Positions 53,875-64,000 of a DNA stretch of 64,000 bases are shown here, piece after piece; position 1 is the stretch's first letter; the number at the start of each line of letters is the position of its first letter. The stretch comes from Vicugna vicugna. Its lineage: Eukaryota. A program made the position numbers and the translations under genes. Below the pieces are notes generated by a model that made no database searches, had not been told where the DNA came from, and was given only the letters and a program-made list of their open reading frames with translations. The DNA lies in the NCBI GenBank assembly GCA_013265495.1, contig MU058844.1, positions 5,310,344 to 5,374,343 of the forward strand, given 5' to 3'.

Positions 53875-54358
53875 ATTACTTCAAACTGAATTGTGTCATC
53901 TCCCAAATTCGTATGTTGAAGCTCTCATCCCCAGTGTGATGGGAGTTTGGAGATGGGGCATTTGGGATTTACAAGAAAAGACATCAGAGAGCTTGTTCTT
54001 GGTCTCTCCCTGGTGCACTTGCCCAGGAAAGGCTGTGTGAGCCACAGCAAGAAGACAGTTTTCTGTAAGGCAGGAAGGGGGCTCTCCCCAGGAACCTAAT
54101 CAACAAGCACCTTGATCTGGGACTTCCTAACTTCTAGAACTGTGAAAAATAATTTTAATAAAATTGATTTCCATCACCTAGACTTTTGGTGGTGAGCATG
54201 CTACAGTTTATTCAGAAGTCAAACTGTAGTGTTGTACACATGACACTTATATGTTATAAACTGATGTTACCTCAATAAAAAAGAAGGAAATAATTTTAAT
54301 AATAATAATACCAGTCTATGATATTTTGTTATACTATCATCCTGAACTGGCTAATACA
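53875..54358 (+). mobile_element. MaLR solo LTR (MLT1A-like) interrupted by a short L1 3' end
   Basis: 'ctgaattgtgtc...aattcgtatgttgaagc...gcaccttgatctgggacttcc...ctaataca'. Confidence 0.82.
54147..54302 (+). mobile_element. Very short L1 3' terminus with 15-bp TSD
   Basis: AAATAATTTTAATAA at 54147-54161 and 54288-54302; 'tagacttttggtggtgagcatgct...gttacctcaataaaaaa'. Confidence 0.82.
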
Positions 54359-54585
54359 GATATTTTAATATTAGATTAAAAATAGACTTAAAAACCACTT
54401 TGAAAATTATAAATCAGTCTTTAAATATTACTGATTATTATCTAAAAATGTATCTTGAAAGAAGTTCATGAAAAGTTAACATATATGTTTTAAGCTTTGG
54501 GGTAAAAAAATAAGATTTCCACAAATTCTTAACATTGGGAATATTTCTCTTTTTTATAAAACCAGTGCATATTATATTAGTAATT

Positions 54586-54978
54586 ATATCAGCCAGTGTT
54601 CTCCAGAGAACAAAAATCAATATAGTATATAGAGATATAGATATTATGAGATTTTTTCTGAGGAATTGACTCAAGCAGTCATGGAGGCTGGCAAATCTGA
54701 AGTGTTGGGGCAGGCCAGCTGACAGGAAACCCAGCAGGAGATGATGTTGCTGTCTTGAGGGAGAATTACTTCTCTGGGAAACCGCAGTTTTCATTTTCAA
54801 GTCTTCAACTAGTTGAACGAGGTCCATTCACATTTCAGGGGTAATTTTTACTTAAACCAACTAAAATAAACTGATTGTTGTTGTTAAATACATTTACAAG
54901 ACATCTTCAGAGCAATATGTGGATTAGTATTTAATTAATTAATTAATTAATTGGGTATGGTAGCCTAATCAAGTTGAA
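54586..54978 (-). mobile_element. ERVL solo LTR (MLT2C/D-like) containing a (TAAT)n run
   Basis: 'gttctccagagaac...gaggaattgactca...ggaggctggcaaatctgaa...tagcctaatcaagttga...accatcaca'. Confidence 0.85.
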
Positions 54979-55429
54979 TCATGTATCTCACCATCACAGT
55001 AGTGTTTAAAGGGATATACTGTAAGTGAAGGACTAGAGTAAAATCTGACTGAATACATTAACATAACTAAAGAAAAATATGTCAATTGCTGTGAGACTAA
55101 CACAGAAGCAGAGAAAGTGTGCCACAGAAGAAAATATTGATGATACTGTTTTTCAACACTGTCTAGCAGAGAGGGAGTTTAAACAAAAGTCTACCCTAAA
55201 ACAGAAACAGATGCACTAGGCTTATATACCCAGTTCCGTTAAACATGACATAATTCACCTACCTCTATTCGTTTTAAGTTCTTACTTACCAATAAATACA
55301 GCAATTTGGCTTTGTAAGTGGATTGCTTACAGGGAGAAAAATATTTGTTTCTTAGGCTCCAATCCACAGACAGATTTATTTTTCATATGCCTTTACAAAA
55401 TTGTCATTCTGTTCATGTGCATTCATCTT

Positions 55430-57333
55430 TTAAACATTTTTATTGAAGCATAATTACCATAAAATAAACTATTTGACAAGTTTTACCATATGTATACACC
55501 TATGAAACTAATATCACAAGCAAGATAATGAAAATTTCTTCCCATCTCGTCCCCTGGCCACCAGGGATCTGCTATCTGTCTGCAGATAAGTTTGCCTTTT
55601 CTTGAGTTTTATATAAATCATACTATACAGTATATACTCTTCTAGTCTGTCTTCTTTTACTCACCATAGTTAATTTCAGATTCATTCATGTTGTTGTGTA
55701 TAACAAGAATCCAGTCCTTTGTATTGCTGAGTCATATTCCACTGTAAAGAAATACCACAATTTCTTTATCAGTGTGTCTGTTGAAGGTCATTTTGGTTGT
55801 TTTCTGTTTGGGGCTATTACAAATACAGTTGCTCTGAACATTTGTACACCAGTCTCTGTGTATAAATGTTCTTCCATTTCTCTTTAGTAAATGTTGAGGA
55901 GTACAATAGCTAGATTATACAAGAGGTATATATTTAACTTTTTTGAAGATTGGTCACATTGTTTTCCAAAGTTGTGCCACTTTATATCTATGCCAACAGA
56001 ATGTGAGGGATCCAGTTGTTTCACATTCTCACCGACACTTGTATCTTAATTTGTTCGGGTTCCGGTAACAGAATACCACAGACTGAGTGGCTCATTAACA
56101 AGCAAAATTTATTTCTCACAGTTCTCAAGGCTGGAAAGTCCAAGATGAAAACAATGGCAGATTCAGTGTCTGGTGAGTGTCTCTTTTCCAGTTCATAAAT
56201 GGCTGTCTTCTCATTGTGTCCTTATATGACAGAAGGAGTGAGAGAGTTCTCTGAGGTCTCAAAGGCACTAATCCAAATTCAGGAAGGCTCCACTCCTATG
56301 ACCTAATCACTTCCCAAAGGATCCACTTCCTAATATCATAGCACAGTGGGATAGGATTACAAGATATGAATTTGTAGGGACACAATCATTTAGTCTATAG
56401 CAGCTTGGTATGGCCAACTTCATAAATCTAGACACTCTAATAAGTGTATAGTGCTGTCTCACTGTAGTTTAATTTGCATTTCCCTGGTGACTAATGATAT
56501 CAGGCATCATTTCATGTGTTCCATATTTGTTATCAATTTTTTTGTGTGAAATATCTGTTCAAACCTTTCAAATGCTTTTTAATTAGGTTGTTTGTTTCCT
56601 AATCATTGAATTTTGAGAATTTTTTTATATATTCTATATACAAGTCCTTTATCAGGCATGTGCCTTGTGAGTAGTGTCTCCCATTTTTTGACTTTTCATC
56701 CCCTTAACAGTGCCTTTTAACATTGAGGAAGTCTAATTTATCAATTTGTTCTGTATGAGTCATGCTACTTTGCATCTGATAAACAGTTGCCTAACTAAAA
56801 GTTCTAGATATTTTCTCCCATATCATCTTCTAGAAGTTTTATTGCTTTAGCTTTTACAGTTAGGTCTGTGATACATTTTCAGTGAATTTTTGTGCTAAAT
56901 GAGAAGTATGAAATAAAGTGTATTTTTTCATATGGATAGTCAATTGTTCCAGCAACATTTGTGGGAAAGCCTATCATTTTGCAGTGGAAAATCAGTTGTC
57001 CAAATAAGTGTGTGTCTACTTCTGGACTCTCTATTCCTTTCTCTTGTTCTGTTGATCTTTCTTAGCTTAACTATCTTGACTGCTGAAAAAAGAAAAAGCT
57101 AAATAAATGGTGAGGTATACTATGTTAATGGTGCTGGAAAATTCAGTACTGTTAAGATATCAATTATAATGAAATCAATCTATAAATTTACGCAGTTCCA
57201 ATCAAAACTTTAGCAAGTATATTTGTAGAAATCGATAAGCTAAGTCTAGAACCAATATGAAAATTCAAAAGTCTTAAAATATCCAAATTTTATAAATGAA
57301 AAGTTAGGGGACTCAAACTATCTGATTTCAAGA
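55430..57333 (-). mobile_element. Old L1 (L1MC/MD-like), 5'-inverted (sense arm ~57085-57333), interrupted by MLT1A
   Basis: Antisense 3' UTR/ORF2 from 55430 to ~57084, then sense ORF2 'ctaaataaatgg...caatctataaattt...ctatctgatttcaaga'. Confidence 0.82.
56042..56402 (-). mobile_element. MaLR solo LTR (MLT1A-like) inserted in L1
   Basis: MLT1A motifs; near-TSD ACTTG/GCTTG; L1 sequence is continuous across it. Confidence 0.88.
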
Positions 57334-60300
57334 ATGAGAACTGGACTCAACATTTCTTTAATTCAGCATATAAACCTCATCTTGTGGAGACAAGTTTTGT
57401 GGCCAAGTTCTTTCCAGGTAGTACCTCTTTACCAAACTTTTCCATTTGAAATATACACAGACTTTTATTTGGTGATAATTATAATTTAATGAAATCATTC
57501 CATTTCATACTTTTCATTATTATATTAAGTAAACTTTTATAAAGGTCTTTCTCTATGTGCTCTAAATTATAAAAAAACCACAAATGATATCTATGCTGAA
57601 AATCTTAATACATATTACTGAATACACGGCTTCCATCAGTTAAGTCCTGAGGCAAACCTGATCCTAAGAAGAAAACTTTTGAGATTTTGGAAGCCTAATT
57701 TTGCAGAAGATTCTTGTACTTCCTCCTTTTAATTGCACTTTCCACCTTTTGGCAACCTATGTAATAAGAGCTGAAGGAAGATAGGTTTGTGATACTACTA
57801 TTTTTCTTTCTTCAGGCTTTAACTTGCCCATCAATATGACATGATTTACCTTAAATTATTAATAAATTAAGCAATGTGCTTTGAATTTCCCAAGATATCA
57901 AAATCTACTATCTGGATTCCTGTAAAGAAAGAAGTTCAGGGAAAATAGTTTTTACCCTGTTTATTAGAACAACAGAAATAAAAACTCAGAAAACAAAAAT
58001 AAGGCATTTTGGAATTCAAAACTATTCTATCTTGGGATGCTCTAAACTACTCTAGCTGAGGTTGGGGGTGGGTTGTGGAAGTAGGCAGGAGGAGCTCGCT
58101 GTTCAATAGTTTCCATCTATTCTTGGTCCTCTTTGATTTTGTTCTACTTGTACATCTTCTTATGATATTGAATCTCTCTCACAGTAACCTCTGCACGTTT
58201 AACTGACTAATATTTCTTAAAAGCATGGTAGTGTTTCCACCAGTTGATAGCCACACAAGATACAAAGAGTGAATTATAAGAAAATTACTGTAACCATGTG
58301 GCTTGTAGGTTTTGTGGGTTTGGGGATTGATTAGATGTGTTGGAACTGGAATTTACAATAACCACATTTCCACAGTGATCCTCTAGTTTTCAAGTGTCTC
58401 CCACTCAAATGCTTTTGGGGGCCATCCAAAAATGTAAAGAGTAAATTAGATTTAGTTTAACACATTTCACATTTGGGAATAGTGGGTAGAGAGCATAGCC
58501 CCTGCCTAATGATATGCATGTTCACTTTTAAAGAACTGTCCAGTAAAATGAAAACATATCTTTGGGCTGAATCAGCCTCCTTGAGACTGGGACCTCTGTG
58601 TTAAAAGTGATTAACAGTTATAGCTTTTTCAACTGAGCTACTGCCTTCTTAGGAAATATGTTCCTTTCCTATAAGGCTCTACTTCTGCTCTTGTATAAGG
58701 AGTGACTACATTTATGTACTTACTAGAATCCTACTTAAATCAAATTATTATTTCTATTTTTAAATAGACTCTTCTCAAAGAGGTTACTTACCATTTATCA
58801 AGTTTTGACAATATACACTTCATCTTAATATACTAACTTGGGAACCAAGGGGATAAAATCAATAACCCAACAAATATGTTGATTCCGACTGTGCTCAAAC
58901 TGTATGCTAGGTACTTTATGGAGTTCAAGATTACCAAAGTTGTTCCTATAATTGAACTGAATAAACCTTTATCATCAATATTAAATCCAGATAAATTTAT
59001 TTTCTCAGAGGCTCTCAACATACATATGATACAATGGTACTGACTTCATTTTGGATCTATGTTCTAGCTAAGTGAGGCTCTCATTACTGAAGGAAAATCT
59101 TTCCTCAAATGTGTAGATGTCTTTAGATTTCATGCCAGGAGAGTCATGAGTTTTGAGTTTCACACTGTGTAATCTCTGAAAGTTCTTTGCCATGCAAGAC
59201 AATCTTTTTCCAGCCTACTTGTTTGATCTTTGATATAGAAGTCATGTTTGTCTTGCATTGTTTAGTTGATTTAAAAAGATTTAAGGATGCCGCTTTTTAA
59301 AAACTGGGAAACATTTTTGGAATCTAATGCATTGTGCTGTTTTTCTTCATTATTTTTGTTACCAATTTTGTGATTGTTAGAGGATAATGGCTTGTTTTTA
59401 AAAAGGAAAAATCACGTCAGAGGAAACCTACTACTTTGCATTCAATGACAGCTACTATTTCTTCATAAAATAATTGAATGAAAATATAGATTTCATATTA
59501 GAAAGTGAGTTTCTGTATATTTTATGCAAACTAATACGATAAAAATAAAATTAACATGACCAAAGAAAGATTATTAAACTGCTTAAGAAGTTGTACATTG
59601 TCTTAGGCTATTTCTATATGACATTAAAAGTTGAATAAAATGTGAAAACTGCAAGTCTGTTACTTAGAAGAATGGAAGATAAGGAGAGAAGCATCTAAAT
59701 ATTGAGAAAAGCTGCCATTCAAAGATATCTGATTATTCTTAACATTACTCTCAACATGTTTGTTTGCAGCTACTTTTGATGACTAGCTCATCTAAATTTG
59801 GAGAAGAAAGTTGAGGCAGATTTATTATGTGTAAGCCAAATTGAGTGAGTTCCACAGTGAGTGGGTAGAAGAAACAGAAAGCAGTGTCAGTTACTTTTCT
59901 GAGAAATGTGAGTGTAATCAAAAAAAAAGATGGTTAAAGGAAAATACATATTCCTTCAACTTATAATTTATTATTAAGCACTCAAACTTTAAATTATTAA
60001 TAAACTGTGAACAAATGATAGCTTGCTTTGACTGAATTTTCTGCTGATAGCCTTAAAATTGTTAGTTTCTTCAATCTCTTGATCATTTTGTAGGATATGG
60101 CTTTGTAAATGTTCAGGAAAATACTCTGACCGTAGCAACACATTAAAATTCACTTCTTAAACCCCTTAAATTCTCTGTAGATACTCAATGGCTGATTACC
60201 TTGCCTTCAGTATTCGTCCTTAGTTTACATGAAGTTATGCAGTATATTTCTGCCCTGACTATTCCTTCCCCAACTCTGACTTCCATTCTGTTCCCAGAAC

Positions 60301-61669
60301 TCATCTCTCTTCCTTTTATTCATTACTCCTCAGTACTCTCATTCAGTGACAGCCTCATCTAATATCTTCCCTCATTTGATTCCCAAATGTTAAGGCCAAT
60401 GATCCTTGAGGAGATTGGCATATTAGGAACATGAACCAAAATCCCCAGAAACTCAGTCTTCACTGGAGAATACAGACCTGAAAATAAAATGTTACATTCC
60501 TGGCTCTTTGTCATTCTTCCAGTTTCCATAATGATAAATTTGTGACATTATCCAAATGCTATAGCCCATGTCTAAGGTAATTCTACACTTAGAACTGTTT
60601 GTAACATTTCTAACTGCCTGTATTATCTGAAAGTGAGCTGATGATAATGTCTAGATGAGTGTGCCTTGTAGATATCCATTTAGTATTACTGTTTACTTAA
60701 TAACAGATCAAATTTGAGGACTTTCTTCTAAACTACAGAATGCATGGTCAAAGGGATTTTGTATATATTTATACCTCCTTAACCAAATATCCACTGTTAA
60801 ATTGATAAATAGCCAGAAGTAATATAGGGTTTGGGTCTTGTTTGTTGCTAAATCTACACAAGAACTGATGCTAATCAAATTAAAAATCTTGGCCTTAATT
60901 ATGATGGGTAACATGTTTTATAGACTTCATTATTAAAGATTTCAGAATCCCCAGTTCCTTGTGTGGATAGAATTTTTTCTTCTGAACTTGTCACATTGTT
61001 TTTGCCATACCTTCCCCATGCATGTGACCTAGGTTTGTGATCTTTCAAATTGAACATATCATTAAGCTCTATTTTAATTTCCTTTCCAGCTGCCACTCAA
61101 AGTAAAAGATTACTGGCAGTTTTAAATTTCATTCTAGACAGCCAAAGACACATCTGTTTGATTAAAATGCCAGATATCTGTATAACTGTTATCAATTATA
61201 TTAATTAAGAGAAAACTGTAGCAAAATTTGCTCTGAGGAGGAAAAACAATGTATTGCCCTAAAACCTTTATTAAAGCATAGCTGTCCACAAGGTATTGTG
61301 TTTCTCATAGTATAGCCAGGTTTTGTCCAATTTTAAAGCAAAAATGTCAGAAGACTTGGAAAAAATGTAGTCCTAAGGAGAAATAATTGTGAAATTGGTA
61401 CCTGTGAACATCACGAGTGCCTACTTTGATGTGAATTAAAGCAACCTCCACACAAGTACAGGCTGATTAAATAGTTGAATTGACTAATTGTTTTTAAATA
61501 TATGTCTGCTTGGACAGCCGTTGAGATTCTCTAACGAGCTACATAGTTCAGAGAGTCTTTAAGCCATTTAGGAAAATGAACCTTATGGTTCAACGGCATT
61601 TCTGCTAACATTTAGAAAATTATAGTTTGAATTTAAAATAATCATAGCTGTAAAGCAATCTTTAAAGAG

Positions 61670-61830
61670 ATTTTACATACATTACCTCATTTAATCCTCA
61701 CTGAAATCCCGCAAGGTAGGGAACATCAGAGGGTGCTGTGAAATTAAAGCAGCTCGTCCATGATCACACAAAAGGTATTGGGGTACAGATTCAAAATCAG
61801 GGCATCTGGTTCCAAGTTTAGTGTCACCCT
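61670..61830 (-). mobile_element. MIR SINE
   Basis: 'attacctcatttaatcctcac...aaggtagg...gatcacaca...attcaaaatcagggcatctggttccaag'. Confidence 0.7.
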
Positions 61831-62273
61831 CATCCGTTCATTTATATTTCAGTACCTAGTATGCACCAGTAACTGGTAAGTACATCATAGCCTGGGAACA
61901 ATTCTGAACAGGTCTGTTTTTTTTGCTTTCAAGTAGCTTTAAATGTGGTAGGCGAGACAAGTAGCTAGGTTATATGATATTTTAAAAATGTTATATCCAG
62001 GATAAGTGTGAGGTGTCTTGATAGAATTTAGAAAGGATATACAGTCTGCATTTTGGAGGGAGCACAGAGATAAAGATACCTAAAGTAATATTTGTTGGTC
62101 CTCCTATAATTAGTCAGCTCTATGGAGATAAAAGACAGTTCCAGAAGTGTGAGGAACATGTAGACGTGTCTGAGGCAAGAGAAAATGTTGTTTACTTAGT
62201 GAACTGTGAATAATTCACTGTTGATTGAAGTTGAGTATTTCAGTGAGAAGTAGTCTAAACTGAAGAACCTCTG

Positions 62274-62461
62274 AAGAGGTTCTTCAGCCTTCTAATGGAC
62301 ATTTGGAAATCTCTGGAAATATTTTTGTATGTCAGAATGACTGAGGAGCAACATTACCAAGATCTAGTGAGTGTGGGATAAGATTTCATTACAGTGGAGG
62401 TCCAGTATGTTAGGTAATTTTCTCACCCTAACATGATAATTGTAGTCTCCTGAGAAACACA
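62274..62461 (+). mobile_element. hAT-Charlie MITE (MER20-like) within an L2 relic (~61850-62620)
   Basis: 'ggacatttggaaatctctggaaatatttttg...atctagtgagt...tgagaaacac' resembles the MER20 family. Confidence 0.6.
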
Positions 62462-63114
62462 GGCAACAGATAACCAGCAGCCTTGGAAGATACACAGAGA
62501 CATTTGGGCTCTCTTCTGAGGCACTGTTCTGAATAACCCGTTAAGGGATTTTAAGCAAAGGGTGGGCATGGCAAGATTTCTGCTCAGAAAGATCCCTCTG
62601 GTTGCTTTGTTGAAGTGTATTAGAAGTTACACAGGTAGACACTAACACTGTAAGTGCTGGCTCTACCTAGGAATGGGCAAGTTAAGAGGGCAAGAAAAAT
62701 CTGGCCAGCACTGAGATAATTCCATTGCCTTGACTCTTCCCACTGGAAAATGTGGATGTTAGCTTCCCTTGAGCAGAGTGATTGAGAAGGGGTGAAGTGG
62801 ACTAGGAGTAACTGGAATAGTGTCCACAGAAGGCTAGTGCTGCTCCAGAGAACAGGGGCACTCTCTTCCCAGGAGTAGACCGCTCTGCAGTTCTGCCTTA
62901 TTTTAAATCAATCAGTCAATCTCAAATCTTTGTTTAGTTTAACTTCCTGAAGTTGGATTTCTGTTTCTGTAATTGAAAAAAAAGTACTTGTTGATTCGCA
63001 TGGGGATAATCAATCATGGCACATCTTGACTGAGAAACATTACCAGAGACAGTGGCTCCAGTTTATATTTTAGTATTTTTATAAAAAAGAAGATACTTTT
63101 ATGGAGCCAGAGTA

Positions 63115-63225
63115 TTGATTCATTCGTTAATTTATCCATGCATGCAAGCATCCATCCATCCATCCACTCATTATTCCAAAAATATGTGTTGCAGGCATTG
63201 CTTAAGCACTGGAGAGAACAAAGTT
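63115..63225 (-). mobile_element. L2 3' end with (CATC)n tail
   Basis: 'ttcattcgttaatttatccatgcatgcaagcatccatccatccatccactca...caggcattgcttaagcactgg'. Confidence 0.6.
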
Positions 63226-64000
63226 TGGTATTATAGGCAGATATCTCAGGAAATCACCAATTTTTCTCCATATTTCCAAGAATAACTGTATCAGTTTGTT
63301 ATTCGTACTTCCTTTGAAATTCATCCACACTGTAAGAACCCATGCCTCCTATACTGTGAAGTTTGGACTCCAAAACAAAAAGTACAAATATAAGACATGA
63401 ATTACATTCATAGAAGTCTGTACTTCATTTATACCAAATATCTCTTTAAGTTCTTCAAAATACTTTGTTTCCATAGAAAAAGGAAATTTCATCATTTTCC
63501 AAATGTAAACTGCTTCATTTACATGACCTTTTGAATATGAATATATTTGCCTTTCTTTGTACAATTTCGTTATTCTAGACCTTCTGTGCCTTTTGAAAGA
63601 TGGAATGTCTTCAGTAGGTGGTGAACATCCTGTTAAAAACATTTTTATTTTACACAGGTGTAACACAGGTGGTACGCCCTTTCCTCTCTGCCCCATAGGG
63701 TGTAGCTCTAACTACCCTCTAGGGAAGAGAAGGTTGGGTGAACAGCCTTACTATTTCTCCAGCTCAGTAATTACCTGAAGGTACATTCTCTTCACTGCCC
63801 AGGAGTTCTTAAGGAAAGTGCAATCTCACGCATACAGAATGGGCTTGCATCATGGTTCTTTCATGACTGACTTCAGCCCCTTCTCCAAACCATACTATAT
63901 GCATTTAAGACTGATTGTTTCGTATCTTTTTTTTTAAATTGTGAAAGATTCATGTCACTGTCATGGAATTGTATATATTCTGGTGGTGGAACCTCAGATG

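Larger units (their letters stand above)
294..64000 (+). other. Probable large first intron, continuing beyond the window
   Basis: Begins at the GT donor at 294; AT-rich and dominated by interspersed repeats; no recognisable coding exon. Confidence 0.5.

Noticed and set aside
63349..63696. 115-aa ORF with 'KYFEELKEIFG', faintly like the end of a Myb/SANT-type domain
   Set aside because: One short motif with no supporting context; an HMM or tBLASTn search would be needed, and chance is more likely.
63948..64000. Possible exon start at the window end (aaag|ATTCATG...)
   Set aside because: Purine-interrupted acceptor, truncated by the window, no recognisable peptide.
1..64000. CRISPR arrays, operons, NUMTs, rRNA/snRNA genes or a novel multi-gene system
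   Set aside because: No regularly spaced repeat-spacer pattern, no gene-dense ORFs and no recognisable mitochondrial or structural-RNA sequence; the content is typical mammalian intronic DNA.

Overview
AT-rich, CpG-poor mammalian genomic DNA, not prokaryotic. The repeat content (a young L1 3' end of the kind I associate with camelids, artiodactyl-type Tigger2 MITEs, and no recognisable Alu, Bov-A2/BovB, PRE-1 or carnivore SINEs) suggests an artiodactyl, probably a camelid; this is inference. The window opens in what looks like a non-coding 5' UTR exon (1-293, donor AAG|gtacgt, four short closed uORFs). From memory it resembles PCDH15 exon 1, which is unverified. The remaining ~63.7 kb reads as one large intron filled with L1, L2, MIR, MaLR/ERVL LTRs, DNA-transposon MITEs and microsatellites. 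I found no credible protein-coding exon; ORF-track entries are chance ORFs, low-complexity translations or L1 ORF2 relics. I did not find a new multi-gene system. The most notable observation is a perfect, tailless 5' half of tRNA-Glu(CTC), ending in the anticodon and flanked by a 17-bp target-site duplication, inserted into an MLT1A-type LTR (26741-26808). Several other minimal retrotransposition products also occur: an orphan polyadenylated insert, A-tail-only inserts and 5'-inverted L1s. Repeat subfamily names come from recalled consensus sequences, and boundaries of old repeats are approximate.
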